A model generated the notes under the pieces. The model had not been told where the DNA came from. It saw nothing but the letters and a program-made list of their open reading frames with translations, and ran no database searches. Below, one piece after another: positions 8,538-18,915 of a stretch of 64,000 bases of DNA. The translations under genes were made by a program, and so were the position numbers. Source of the DNA: Minisyncoccia bacterium (lineage in GTDB: Bacteria; Patescibacteriota; Minisyncoccia; Phycocordibacterales; UBA9973); assembly GCA_039809245.1 (NCBI GenBank), contig JBDHUP010000001.1:100137-164136 (forward strand), read 5' to 3'. Positions within the stretch are counted from its first letter, which is position 1. Each line of letters opens with the position of its first letter.

Positions 8538-9143
8538 TTATTCAGTTGATCTTTGAGATGTCATTGTTTGAATAGCAAAAGCATTAGCCTCACCTTTAAT
8601 AGTTATCACCCCTTTCATAATTATATATACACTCGGCTGTATTTTATCTGTAGGACTAGATCCATTAACAAAGAAGTTAAGCGTCTGGACATCTACATTC
8701 TGTGCTACTAGATCAACACAAGCTGGACTACAACTTTGCAAACTAAACGTCCCATTAGTATCATAACCACCTGTTAAACGAGGAGTTATCTTATAAGCAG
8801 TGTCTCTAGGAGTTGGATGAAGTGGTGGTGTAAATAACAGAGCACCTCCCCCACTACCAGAGAGTGAACAATCTCTATTTGTAGTTGCTCCGAATGGAAT
8901 TATCCCTCCAGCATCTACACAATAATAATCTGTCCCCATTCTTATAGATCTAGTCATACTCTCCATAGCGAAATTTACGTTGTCCATAGCTATTCTTAAT
9001 GCTTGAGCTTTTTTAGCTGTATCAGAACTTGATATAAGAGCACCCATAGCTATTAACATTATAATCATGAAAATAGAAGTAGCCACCATTATCTCTACAA
9101 GAGTAAAACCTTTCATTCTAATTTTTTGATATTTTTGGTTCAT
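8538..9143 (-). CDS. Type IV minor pilin (PilV/PilW-like)
   Basis: KGFTLVEIMVATSIFMI class III signal. Confidence 0.75.
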   Translation of the reverse strand: MNQKYQKIRMKGFTLVEIMVATSIFMIIMLIAMGALISSSDTAKKAQALRIAMDNVNFAMESMTRSIRMGTDYYCVDAGGIIPFGATTNRDCSLSGSGGGALLFTPPLHPTPRDTAYKITPRLTGGYDTNGTFSLQSCSPACVDLVAQNVDVQTLNFFVNGSSPTDKIQPSVYIIMKGVITIKGEANAFAIQTMTSQRSTE

Positions 9144-9144
9144 A

Positions 9145-9807
9145 TTATTTTACACTAATCTGACCTACGCTTGATATTGAAATTGTTTTTGTTTCTCCAC
9201 TCTGATCATTTTTTATAATAACATCAACACTTGAAATTGGCCCAGAACATGACCCTCCTATAGAACCAGAACAAATATATGCATCAGGGTTCGGTCTAAG
9301 AAATGTTACATCTGCATAGCCAGATGTAGTACAATTTGCTCCATTTGGACAAATCTGATAAACACTATCGTTACTTGTAATGTTTAACATATCAATACAC
9401 TCATCATTAGCCTGGATCAAGATATTACTACCGCAAATTGTCGAAGTTGATACAGCATAATTATACTCCTTATTTGAATTCAAGTCATTAAATATAATAA
9501 AATTCTTTTTAGATCCTGCTCTGGCATCTAGTCCGTTATAATTAGCCGTTGAGAAATGTATTCCGTATCCATAGGAGAAATTAGATGCTTGGCTACTATG
9601 TACTCCAATAGCATAATTCTGAGCACGACGAATTGATAAAGCTATATCATCACCTAAATTTTGTAGTGACACATTTGAGCGGAAACGACTATAATCAAAA
9701 ATTGTAATCCCTGCAACAATTATAAAAATCGCAAGAACCACCATTAGTTCAACTAAAGTCATTCCATTTTGAGTATTTTTAAAATAACTTTTTTTGTAGA
9801 TTTTCAT
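9145..9807 (-). CDS. Type IV minor pilin (FimT/GspH-like)
   Basis: NGMTLVELMVVLAIFII class III signal. Confidence 0.7.
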   Translation of the reverse strand: MKIYKKSYFKNTQNGMTLVELMVVLAIFIIVAGITIFDYSRFRSNVSLQNLGDDIALSIRRAQNYAIGVHSSQASNFSYGYGIHFSTANYNGLDARAGSKKNFIIFNDLNSNKEYNYAVSTSTICGSNILIQANDECIDMLNITSNDSVYQICPNGANCTTSGYADVTFLRPNPDAYICSGSIGGSCSGPISSVDVIIKNDQSGETKTISISSVGQISVK

Positions 9808-9810
9808 TTT

Positions 9811-10623
9811 TTATATATGAAATAATGATACTAATGAAAAAATATCTAAATTACAAAGAAATACGATCAGAGCGCTTATAATTAAGAATGGAGCAAATGG
9901 TATTTCTGTTTTCATATTTATTTTCTTATGTGTAAATAAGATTACAGCTAGACTAACAACAGATCCTATCCAAAATGATATCATAATTACCGCAAGCCCC
10001 GAAAGAGTGCCGAGCATCCAACCTATACCGAGCATTAGCTTAGCATCACCTAGACCCATCCATCGTCCTTTTGAGACAAGCCACAGAAGTGCAAAAGGTA
10101 GTGCTAGAAGCGGGCCAGCAACAACATCAAGTAATGATGCTTTTACAAAGAGTGAACCAACACCGGTCTGATTTATAAATATAGATAAAAAGGAAATAGC
10201 AGCATATATATAAACTAATTTATCAGGTATAATTTTATGACGAATATCATAAACCGAAATAACAATAAGCAAAGAGAATATAAAAGAAAATATAGTTAAA
10301 AATAAAACATAGTGGCTTTGAGAAAACGATAAGACTGGTAAGAAATGTAATGCTATTAAAACAAAAACTAGCCCTGTACCAAACTCAACAATAGGATACT
10401 GGTGAGATATATTACTAGCGCATCTACGGCATTTGCCTGATTGAATTAGAAAAGAGAAGATTGGGATTAACTCATACCACCTAAGAGTGTGGTTACAAGT
10501 CATGCATATAGACCTTCCGGCGACTATTGATTTACCAGTATTAAACCTATAAATAACGACATTCAGAAAACTACCAATTAGTGTCCCTAGAAGAAAAATA
10601 AAGACGATAGCTAAAATATACAT
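9811..10623 (-). CDS. pilD: Prepilin peptidase (A24 family) with an N-terminal CxxC...CxxC zinc-binding domain
   Basis: Polytopic membrane protein. Contains CMTCNH...CRRCAS, and the catalytic Asp-containing regions are conserved. Confidence 0.85.
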   Translation of the reverse strand: MYILAIVFIFLLGTLIGSFLNVVIYRFNTGKSIVAGRSICMTCNHTLRWYELIPIFSFLIQSGKCRRCASNISHQYPIVEFGTGLVFVLIALHFLPVLSFSQSHYVLFLTIFSFIFSLLIVISVYDIRHKIIPDKLVYIYAAISFLSIFINQTGVGSLFVKASLLDVVAGPLLALPFALLWLVSKGRWMGLGDAKLMLGIGWMLGTLSGLAVIMISFWIGSVVSLAVILFTHKKINMKTEIPFAPFLIISALIVFLCNLDIFSLVSLFHI

Positions 10624-10651
10624 ACAAATATTATATCACTCTATTGTTAAA

Positions 10652-10681
10652 AACAAAAACACTCCTAAGAGTGTTTTTGTT
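10652..10681 (-). terminator. Rho-independent terminator downstream of pilA
   Basis: aacaaaaacactc/gagtgtttttgtt stem with loop ctaa, followed by a T-run on the minus strand. Confidence 0.6.
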
Positions 10682-10704
10682 AAATATAAGAAAAATATTT
10701 TCTT

Positions 10705-11151
10705 TTATCCGCAAACTGTATCCGCACTTGAGGCACCTGCTGTAATAGTTGAAGAAGCTTTAGCTCCTGAGAATCCTGTACTATCTACACAGTAGTAGTT
10801 TGTACCACCAGTAGGTAATAATGCTTCAAAAGCCCAACTAGCTGAAACTGCACCAGCAGCACCTGACATTGCACATTTTGTTGAAGTAGCACCTCCGTTA
10901 GTAACAGCAGTTATAAGTGCAGTTATACTTCCAGTTGTAGCGGCAGAACAAAGATCAGCTACATATTGTCCAGATGAGTTAACCCCTAATTCTGCTTGTG
11001 TTCGCATAGAACTCATAGTAGATATAACAGATGCATCTCTACCCTTGTTTCTTGCTGTACTCAAAGAAGCGAGGACAACTGAAGCTAGGATACCGATGAT
11101 TGCGATAACGACCAAAAGTTCGATAAGTGTAAAACCTTTATTTTTATTCAT
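10705..11151 (-). CDS. pilA: Type IV major pilin
   Basis: MNKNKGFTLIELLVVIAIIGILASVVLASL class III signal peptide. Ala/Ser/Thr/Gly-rich body with a C-terminal Cys pair. Confidence 0.9.
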   Translation of the reverse strand: MNKNKGFTLIELLVVIAIIGILASVVLASLSTARNKGRDASVISTMSSMRTQAELGVNSSGQYVADLCSAATTGSITALITAVTNGGATSTKCAMSGAAGAVSASWAFEALLPTGGTNYYCVDSTGFSGAKASSTITAGASSADTVCG

Positions 11152-11217
11152 ACTAAAATGTAAATCTATTAATTTGTATCTTTTATAAAAAGATGCGACC
11201 TTATTTTTAATACTCTT

Positions 11218-11226
11218 ATTATATCA
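11218..11226 (-). promoter_or_regulatory. Candidate extended -10 promoter (TGATATAAT) for pilA
   Basis: Minus-strand TGnTATAAT lies about 65 nt upstream of the pilA start codon. Confidence 0.3.
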
Positions 11227-11272
11227 TATAAAGCTTAAAAAAGCGCAACAACACAATAACTGTGGATATCTT

Positions 11273-12481
11273 TTAGTGTATTCCTCCGGCAATGTTGTAG
11301 ATAGGCATCAAAACAGAAGTCAGAAGAAGTCCTACTCCAAGACCAAGACCAACTATCATTAATGGCTCAATAAGACTAACGAGAGTATCTATAGCTTCAT
11401 TCACTTCACGAGCATAGAAGTGCCCTAGAGTTTTAAGTATGCTACCCATTGAACCAGTTTCTTCTCCAACTTTTACCATACCAGTCATAATGGAAGGAAT
11501 TTCTGGATGTGGTGCCAATGAATCAGAAAAAGAACTTCCACTCTTCACTTTCTCTGTGACATCCTTTAATATTCCTTCGTATACACTATTACCCACTACA
11601 CTTGAAGTAAGTTCTATGGCTCGAATAATAGGAATACCAGATGAAAGCATCGTGTCCATATTATCCGAAATGCGTGATAAATATAATTTAATATATATAT
11701 TCTTAAAAATTGGAACTGAAATTTTTACTCTATCTAGATATTGTTTACCAGACTTTGACTGAGTTAGTCTAACAAGATATATAACAAACAAAATAAATCC
11801 AATTAAAATAAATATTCCATAATTAACTAATAAGTCACTAATACCCATAACAATCTTAGTAGATAAAGGTATTTCTTGACCAGATTCCTTGATTATAACG
11901 GCTAGTCTAGGAACAATAAAAACAAACATTAATGTCATAACCGCAATAAAAACTCCAACTACGAACCCTGGATAAACCAGGGCGTTTTTAGTTTTTGAAG
12001 TTAATTGGTATTGGCGATCAAGATATTCTGCTAAATATGAAAATGTTTGAGTAAGCTTTCCAGATTCTTCACCAGCCTTTACCATATTTACATAAAAATC
12101 TGAAAAGGCTTCTGGATGTTTAGCGAGTGCTTGAGATATAGTGACACCTGAAGAAATATCGGCAGATACACTATTTAGAACTTTAACCAACGCTGCATTC
12201 TCAGTATTTGAAGCAAGAAGATTAAAAGCTTTAAGGGCTGAAACTTGAGCTTCAAAGAGCGTAGATATCTGTCGTGACATAATAACCACATCTTTCTGTG
12301 CAACACCTTTTTCAAAAAAAGACATTTGCAATAATCCTTTCTTCTCAGTTTCTTCATTTATTGAAAGAACTATAAGACCTCTACGCTGTACCGCAATAAC
12401 AGCCAAATCTTTGGAAGCAGCGTCTACCGTTCCTTTCTTTTTCTCACCTGTATTTGTAATAGCGTCATAAGTAAATAACAT
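11273..12481 (-). CDS. pilC: Type IV pilus assembly platform protein (GspF family)
   Basis: 402 aa polytopic protein with two GspF-type repeats. Confidence 0.85.
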   Translation of the reverse strand: MLFTYDAITNTGEKKKGTVDAASKDLAVIAVQRRGLIVLSINEETEKKGLLQMSFFEKGVAQKDVVIMSRQISTLFEAQVSALKAFNLLASNTENAALVKVLNSVSADISSGVTISQALAKHPEAFSDFYVNMVKAGEESGKLTQTFSYLAEYLDRQYQLTSKTKNALVYPGFVVGVFIAVMTLMFVFIVPRLAVIIKESGQEIPLSTKIVMGISDLLVNYGIFILIGFILFVIYLVRLTQSKSGKQYLDRVKISVPIFKNIYIKLYLSRISDNMDTMLSSGIPIIRAIELTSSVVGNSVYEGILKDVTEKVKSGSSFSDSLAPHPEIPSIMTGMVKVGEETGSMGSILKTLGHFYAREVNEAIDTLVSLIEPLMIVGLGLGVGLLLTSVLMPIYNIAGGIH

Positions 12482-12487
12482 AAGAAA

Positions 12488-13546
12488 TTATAACATTCGC
12501 TCTAGAGCTTTAGGATTAATTGAATATTGGTATGCGCTCTCCATACTTATTTCCCCTCTTTGTACAAGTTCAACAAGAGATCTATTCATATCAACCATTC
12601 CAGATTCTGAAGAAGTTTCTATAACATTATTTATCTCATGTGTACGCTTTTCTCGAATAAGATTTGATACTGCGTTATTATTTATCAAAAGTTCATATGC
12701 TGGAACACGTCCTCCAGCTATACGAGGAACAAGTCTTTGAGAAAAAACGGCAATTAAACTAGATGCGAGTTGTAAACGAATTTGATCTTGCTGAGATGCT
12801 GGGAATGAATCGATAATACGGTCTATTGTTTGTGATGCATTATTTGTATGAAGGGTTGAGAGAACTAAGTGTCCAGTTTCTGCGGCTGTTACAGCTGCAG
12901 AAATAGTAGCTGCGTCACGCATTTCACCTATAAAAATAACATTAACATCTTCACGAAAGACTGATTTTAAAGCCCCATTAAAACTCTCTGTATCAATACC
13001 AACTTCTCTTTGATCAATTATAGATTTATCAGGTTTATACACAAACTCTATAGGATCTTCAATAGTGACAATATGTGCTGCTCTTTCACTATTAATCATA
13101 TTTATCATAGTAGATAAAGTTGTTGATTTACCTTGACCAACTGGACCGACTACAAGAAAGAAACCTTGATTCTTCTGAGCAAAACTGGCAAGAATTGGAG
13201 GAAGGTTTAATTCTTCAAATGACTTTGCTTTCGGGATAAGACGAAGAGCAATACCAATAAGACCTCTCTGATAGAAAGCGTTGCCACGTAAATGTGTATC
13301 TTCTTCAAAAGAGTAAGAGAAATCGGCTTCTTTTTCTTCGGTAAATTTTTTAGTTTTTTCTGAGCCTAGAATTACAGTTAGTATTCCAATCATATCTTCA
13401 TTTGTTAAGACTTCTTGATTAGCTAGAAACAGAAGTTGCCCAGCAATACGCATAGCTGGCTTTCTACCTGCTCCTAAGTGTAGATCTGATCCATCTTCAC
13501 GCATAAGGCTGGTAAGTAATTCATTTAAAAATTTTTTATAATCCAT
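12488..13546 (-). CDS. pilT: Twitching-motility/retraction ATPase PilT
   Basis: 352 aa. Walker A GPVGQGKSTT, Asp box and His box of the PilT family. Confidence 0.85.
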   Translation of the reverse strand: MDYKKFLNELLTSLMREDGSDLHLGAGRKPAMRIAGQLLFLANQEVLTNEDMIGILTVILGSEKTKKFTEEKEADFSYSFEEDTHLRGNAFYQRGLIGIALRLIPKAKSFEELNLPPILASFAQKNQGFFLVVGPVGQGKSTTLSTMINMINSERAAHIVTIEDPIEFVYKPDKSIIDQREVGIDTESFNGALKSVFREDVNVIFIGEMRDAATISAAVTAAETGHLVLSTLHTNNASQTIDRIIDSFPASQQDQIRLQLASSLIAVFSQRLVPRIAGGRVPAYELLINNNAVSNLIREKRTHEINNVIETSSESGMVDMNRSLVELVQRGEISMESAYQYSINPKALERML

Positions 13547-13554
13547 AATAATTT

Positions 13555-13947
13555 TTATTTATTATTTACAGTACTAATAATACTATTAACTTTATCTATA
13601 ACTTCAGAAGGAGTGCTAGATGCTTTTACTATATAACCTGCTGCTCCTAATGATTCCCCTCTCGCTATATCTGATGGTTGACCTCGGTTAGATAAAACAA
13701 CGCGGATAGCTCCTGGTGCTAATTTTTCCTCATTCATTTTTTCCATAAGTTCAAATCCGTCCATAACAGGCATTACTATATCTAAGAGTATTATATCTGG
13801 ATTAAGACCTAAATGAAGTTTCTCTAAGGCTTGTTCAGAACCAAGTGAAGTAGTTACGTCAAAATTAGACTGATGGAATTTCAATGCATACATATCGAGA
13901 AGGAAGCTATCATCGTCAATAATCAAAATTTTTTTCTTTACTTCCAT
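13555..13947 (-). CDS. Stand-alone CheY-like response-regulator receiver domain (PilH-like), embedded in the pilus operon
   Basis: KILIIDDDSFLLDMY...DIILLDIVMPVMDGFEL... Confidence 0.8.
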   Translation of the reverse strand: MEVKKKILIIDDDSFLLDMYALKFHQSNFDVTTSLGSEQALEKLHLGLNPDIILLDIVMPVMDGFELMEKMNEEKLAPGAIRVVLSNRGQPSDIARGESLGAAGYIVKASSTPSEVIDKVNSIISTVNNK

Positions 13948-13984
13948 ATAAGGATATTATAATACAGTTACTATACTTTGCCTA

Positions 13985-15730
13985 CTAAAAGTTATAAACC
14001 TCCTGGAAAGGAATACTACCATTTAGACTCTTTACAATTGCATCTTCTCTTATAGAAAGCATTCCACGAGATCTAGCGAGTTTATAAATCTCTTGTTCTT
14101 GTGGTTTCTTAAGTATTATATTTTGCATTTCTTTATCAATTTCAAACATTTCAAACAAAGCAATACGACCTCTCATTCCAGATGGACATTCAGGTGAAGG
14201 AACAGCTTCGTACATTGACTTACCTATATTTAACTTACTCTTGTATTCTTCTGGTAAATCTTGGAATTGTTTTTCGAGCATTATCTTAGTAGCTTCATCT
14301 ATAGGAATTTCATGTTTTGAGGCTGGGAAAATACGGCGAGCTAGACGCTGAGCAACACATAATATAAGTGTAGGAGCGATAAGGTAAGGATCAATTCCCA
14401 TATCTATTAGACGTGGTATAGCTCCAACAGAAGAGTTAGTGTGGAGAGTAGAGAAAACTAAGTGACCAGTAAGAGCTGCTTGAATTGCAAGCTCGGCTGT
14501 TTCTTTATCTCTTATCTCTCCAACATATATTATATCTGGGTCCTGACGTAAAATTGACCTAAGTCCTGAAGCAAAAGTATAACCAATTTCAGGAGTAACT
14601 TGAGATTGATTTACTCCATCAATATGATATTCAACTGGATCTTCTAGAGAAACTATATTCTTTTCTTCATGATCAAGTTCATTTAGCATAGAATAAAGTG
14701 TTGTTGTCTTACCAGAACCAGTTGGACCTGTAAGGAGTATTAAGCCATAAGGTTTCGTGAGAGCGCTCCTAACCAGAGCTAAGTTTTCTTTAGACATATC
14801 TAGATTCCCTAGAGATTGAACTCCTTTATCAGAATCAAGGATACGCATAACAATTTTTTCTCCATAGTATGATGGCATTGTAGAAACACGAAAATCGATT
14901 TTTCGACCATCAATCTTGGCAGAGAATCCTCCATCTTGAGGTTTTCTTTTCTCATCAAGTCTTAACTTCGCTAATATTTTTATACGGGCAACTACTCCAT
15001 TATAGACATTTATAGGCAGTACAAGTGAAGTGTGTAAAACACCGTCAATACGAAATCTTACTCTGACTTTATCACCAACATTTTCAATATGTATATCAGA
15101 AGCAGAACCTTCTGTCGCATGTCTTAAAATAACTGCAACTATTTTAATGATTGGAGCATCTTCAACAATCCTTTCTTCTTCACCTGGTTTTAAAGAATCA
15201 GAAGTTTTTGTATTTTTCTCAATTGTAACACCCTCATCCCCCTCTCCTTTTGCTCCAGCTATTTCAGAATCAAGTTCTGAAAGAGCTTGGTCAACTTCGC
15301 TACCTAATCCTTCGTATGCTTGAATAAGTTGATTGTAAGTTGAAGTTTTAATCAAAAATAACTTGAACGGCTTATTCATTTTTGAAGTTATAAATGTAAG
15401 TGCATCTATAGCTTGAACGTTTTCTGGGTCTGTTATTCCTATTTCAAGAACACTATCAGAAACTCCTATAGGAACAAAGTGGTAAATCTTTGCCGATTCA
15501 GCTGGAATTAACTCTAGCGTTGATGGAACCACTCTCTTAGGATCAATATCTTTTATTGGAACATTGAAAATAGCTCCTTTTGCTTGAAGGATAGCATTCT
15601 CATCCAAATTAAAATCTAATAGGGCTTGGTCGACATTACCACTATATTTCTCATCAGCAATTTTTAAGACTTCAGGTATTTGTATTTCTTTTAGGATGCC
15701 TCTTTTTACTAATTCATCAAGAATTATCAT
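13985..15730 (-). CDS. pilB: Type IV pilus assembly ATPase PilB (GspE family)
   Basis: 581 aa. N-terminal GspII-like domain, Walker A LLTGPTGSGKTTTLYS, and a tetracysteine region. Confidence 0.9.
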   Translation of the reverse strand: MIILDELVKRGILKEIQIPEVLKIADEKYSGNVDQALLDFNLDENAILQAKGAIFNVPIKDIDPKRVVPSTLELIPAESAKIYHFVPIGVSDSVLEIGITDPENVQAIDALTFITSKMNKPFKLFLIKTSTYNQLIQAYEGLGSEVDQALSELDSEIAGAKGEGDEGVTIEKNTKTSDSLKPGEEERIVEDAPIIKIVAVILRHATEGSASDIHIENVGDKVRVRFRIDGVLHTSLVLPINVYNGVVARIKILAKLRLDEKRKPQDGGFSAKIDGRKIDFRVSTMPSYYGEKIVMRILDSDKGVQSLGNLDMSKENLALVRSALTKPYGLILLTGPTGSGKTTTLYSMLNELDHEEKNIVSLEDPVEYHIDGVNQSQVTPEIGYTFASGLRSILRQDPDIIYVGEIRDKETAELAIQAALTGHLVFSTLHTNSSVGAIPRLIDMGIDPYLIAPTLILCVAQRLARRIFPASKHEIPIDEATKIMLEKQFQDLPEEYKSKLNIGKSMYEAVPSPECPSGMRGRIALFEMFEIDKEMQNIILKKPQEQEIYKLARSRGMLSIREDAIVKSLNGSIPFQEVYNF

Positions 15731-15731
15731 A

Positions 15732-16412
15732 CTAATTTGTATTAAATGAAACTACATCACCATATATCGGTGCAGTTCCTACTTTTGCGACTGCCCTATA
15801 AAAGTAAGTAGTCTCTGGAGTTAATCCTTTAATACTTGTAACGAAAGTACCGACTAAAGATTGTTTTACTGGAGATGTGGATTGGCCTAGCTCTGGATCT
15901 GCTCCATATTCAAAGAAAACACTAGTAACTCCACTAAGATTATTTATTGTTCCATTTAAAATTGCACTCTTATCAGTAACCTGAGTTGGGTCATTTGTAA
16001 CAACAGGAGACAAAGCAGAGTTGCTAGAAGAAACTTCGGAAGAAAACGGAGCAAAAGGGTTAGGACGTCCAGGAACTGCAGCTTCTAAATTAACAGTATT
16101 ATCATTAAGCGATAAGAATTCTTGACTGTTAAATATAGTAGTATCAATTTTAATTTTTTTTAGAGATGTGAGTGTCGCAAGAAAAGCAGTATCTTCGGCA
16201 ATTTTATCTTCATTATTTATCCCTAAGACTGAAGAAGAACTACCATTTTGAGATACAAGAGAAGAATTTGCAGAGACAGGAGTATCTAAAGCTTGGACAT
16301 ACAAACTATTTGAAAAATAACTATAAACACCGCCTACTAATAGAGCGAGAGATGTTATTATTAAAAATTTGTTATATGATTTATTCATATTATTTAAGCC
16401 AGTAAGTTTCAA
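15732..16412 (-). CDS. Hypothetical secreted or membrane-anchored pilus-associated protein with a C-terminal beta-sandwich (FN3-like) domain
   Basis: N-terminal TM segment, a Ser-rich linker, and the C-terminal motif LNGTINNLSGVTSVFFEYGADPELGQ...TTYFYRAVAKVGT. Confidence 0.4.
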   Translation of the reverse strand: MKLTGLNNMNKSYNKFLIITSLALLVGGVYSYFSNSLYVQALDTPVSANSSLVSQNGSSSSVLGINNEDKIAEDTAFLATLTSLKKIKIDTTIFNSQEFLSLNDNTVNLEAAVPGRPNPFAPFSSEVSSSNSALSPVVTNDPTQVTDKSAILNGTINNLSGVTSVFFEYGADPELGQSTSPVKQSLVGTFVTSIKGLTPETTYFYRAVAKVGTAPIYGDVVSFNTN

Positions 16413-16980
16413 CTTTTAATGAAAATTCATAAATATTTGGGTCAACTCCATTTTGCTTAGAATCAGGAACTGTAAAACTAACAGATTTAATATCTACTAA
16501 TCGTAGATTATGCTCTACCTCAGATAAAAACTTCGCAAATGAATCATATGTTCCTTTTGTCGAAAACTCTACTGGGAAAACTCCATAAGGCAGAGCACTC
16601 GACGCTCCACTAGAGGCAACTACTGCACCATTATTATTCTTAGAAACTTCAGGGGCATTCTGCTGTGTTTGGAATTTAATATTTTCGACTGGCATGCCAT
16701 GAAGATTTGCTAATTGCTCTATCTCTAGTATAAACCTTATATTATTTACTGTGTTTGGTAAGAAATGAGCAAGGCGATCCTTATCAGCTTGGCTGATATT
16801 CTTATATGCATCAACTAATTTATCTCTAGTCTTTTGAAGATCAGTTGAATTATCTAATGCAACATTATAAACAAGAACATCAGCTTTTAATTGAGAAACT
16901 TCGGCTCGTATTGGATTTACAACTACAAAAAATAGTATGCCAGCGATTAGTATTAAAGATAGTGGAAATAGAAATCTCAT
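16390..16980 (-). CDS. pilO: PilO-like pilus assembly protein
   Basis: Single N-terminal TM segment plus a coiled-coil. Sits between the pilN-like gene and the ORF226/pilB genes. Confidence 0.55.
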   Translation of the reverse strand: MRFLFPLSLILIAGILFFVVVNPIRAEVSQLKADVLVYNVALDNSTDLQKTRDKLVDAYKNISQADKDRLAHFLPNTVNNIRFILEIEQLANLHGMPVENIKFQTQQNAPEVSKNNNGAVVASSGASSALPYGVFPVEFSTKGTYDSFAKFLSEVEHNLRLVDIKSVSFTVPDSKQNGVDPNIYEFSLKVETYWLK

Positions 16981-16982
16981 AT

Positions 16983-17717
16983 TTATTGGTTAGAGTTATT
17001 AGCCGGTAATGAAGTCTCTGGAGGATTAGAAACGGCAGGAGCAACTTGGTTGCTTTGTGTAGTAGAAGTGTCTTGGGTAGCAGGGCTATTATCTTCCGTG
17101 GTTGGTTGTAATTTTAACTGAGTTTGTTCTAGTAACAAATTCTTCTGATATGAAAGAAGCTCTGGGTCAACAATAAAATCTATATCAAAAGTAACATATC
17201 CATTCTTATTCCTCGTTAAGTTTGAAAAAACTACATTTTTAAAAGATCGTCCTTTAGCAGTATTAAAAACATCAGCTTGCAAGGCAATTGATCTATAATC
17301 ACGAGCAATTCCACTCATTTTTACAAAGAAACCTTTATCATTTGTTTGATGGTCAAATTTTGTATACTGAACTCCTGCTATGGTTAAATCACCGAGTAAT
17401 TTAAACAGCGGAGAAAGAACAATGTGACCGTTCAAAACTTGTTTAGCTGAAGATACACGCTTATCGTACAGTTCAAGTTCATCAATGGTGTCTTTCTCAA
17501 AACTATCTCTAACCTTCTCTAATGATGCAGATAGGATTTGCTTTTCTTTTATAAGATAGTTTTTATAAACATATAAACCTCCAGATGCTACCCCAGTAAC
17601 AATAAGAATTAATACGGAAAAAACCATAAAAAGATTCGTAGCTGGTTTACTTTTTGAAACACCAGAAGATGTAATGGGCTTTTTAGGTATAAATGATGTT
17701 TGAAATGAATTTTCCAT
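16983..17717 (-). CDS. pilN: PilN-like pilus assembly protein
   Basis: Single TM segment (LFMVFSVLILIVTGVASGGLYVY) followed by a coiled-coil. Immediately downstream of pilM. Confidence 0.55.
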   Translation of the reverse strand: MENSFQTSFIPKKPITSSGVSKSKPATNLFMVFSVLILIVTGVASGGLYVYKNYLIKEKQILSASLEKVRDSFEKDTIDELELYDKRVSSAKQVLNGHIVLSPLFKLLGDLTIAGVQYTKFDHQTNDKGFFVKMSGIARDYRSIALQADVFNTAKGRSFKNVVFSNLTRNKNGYVTFDIDFIVDPELLSYQKNLLLEQTQLKLQPTTEDNSPATQDTSTTQSNQVAPAVSNPPETSLPANNSNQ

Positions 17718-17725
17718 AATTATAG

Positions 17726-18895
17726 TTAAGATAGTTGGCGTAATGCAAGACCAACCGCCACAGCAAACTCAGGACCGCTTGTTTGTAGGACTGGTTCAAG
17801 AAAGGCTGGTGCCTCTGTTTTCGAAAATGGATTACCGTAGACTACTTCCATATTAAAATTTGCAATAGCATGCTCAAGTAATCCTTTAAGTAGAGAACCT
17901 CCTCCCGTCATAATAACCTTACTTATATTTTTATTATACTTCTTCTCGTAAGCAAGCACAACACTATTTGTCTCTGAGAATATATAATCTGTGGATAGAC
18001 GAACAATGTCAGATACTTGTGAATTCGCTAGTGCATCTAGTCCAATTGATCGCTTCAGTTTTTCAGCTTCATTAAAAGGAATAGTTAGAGATTGTGAAAT
18101 ATTTTTTGATATATCTTGTGAACCACGATTAACTATATGAAATACTCTCACAACACCAGCTTCTACAATAGAAAGCTTTGTTTTTGAAGCTCCAAAATCC
18201 ATCAAAAGTACGGGGGCAAGGTCGTTATTGAAAGTTGAACGAATATTACTAAATACTTCCATCTCAAAAGAATCAGAATGTATCTCAGTCTTTGTTAGAA
18301 TTTCTTGAAACCTAGATAGTGTATCATTGTGTATAGCTACAACTAAAATTTCTAATTTCGGTTCAGCAACTTTTTTATCTTTTTGTTCATTCATCGAATC
18401 TTCAAAATTATCAATTTCCTGTGGAATAACAAACCAGTCAAGCGATACTTCAGAAATAGGAACTGGAATATACTTTCTAGCTTCAATTGGAACTATAGAA
18501 GCGAGTTGATCTTCATTAACTTTAGCAGGAAGAGATATTGTAAAAATCAAACTTGCTGCTGAAGGAATAGCTATAACTCCTGACATGGTCGTGATATTAG
18601 ATTCCTTTATAACATCGGTTAGAGCTCTGGCAATATCATCTGTTGACAGATTTGTGACAACTCCTACATCTGTATTGCCATATGGACCCAATGAAAGAGC
18701 ACCATAAGTTTCAAGAACAGCTTTGCCACCTTTCTTTTTAAGTTGGACAACTTTTATTGCAGATGAACCTATATCTATGCCTAGTACACTTTCTGATGCT
18801 TTTTCAGATTTAAATATATTAGATAAACTAGATAGCCCCCCAGAAATTATTTTCTTTAGTGAATTGTCCATATATACTACTATGTAGTATACCAT
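17726..18895 (-). CDS. pilM: Type IV pilus assembly protein PilM (actin-like ATPase)
   Basis: IGIDIGSSAIKVVQL... actin/HSP70-like fold. Its start is probably the internal Met (MDNSLKK) near 18871. Confidence 0.8.
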   Translation of the reverse strand: MVYYIVVYMDNSLKKIISGGLSSLSNIFKSEKASESVLGIDIGSSAIKVVQLKKKGGKAVLETYGALSLGPYGNTDVGVVTNLSTDDIARALTDVIKESNITTMSGVIAIPSAASLIFTISLPAKVNEDQLASIVPIEARKYIPVPISEVSLDWFVIPQEIDNFEDSMNEQKDKKVAEPKLEILVVAIHNDTLSRFQEILTKTEIHSDSFEMEVFSNIRSTFNNDLAPVLLMDFGASKTKLSIVEAGVVRVFHIVNRGSQDISKNISQSLTIPFNEAEKLKRSIGLDALANSQVSDIVRLSTDYIFSETNSVVLAYEKKYNKNISKVIMTGGGSLLKGLLEHAIANFNMEVVYGNPFSKTEAPAFLEPVLQTSGPEFAVAVGLALRQLS

Positions 18896-18915
18896 AGCTA
18901 TAGTAAAATAAAGCT

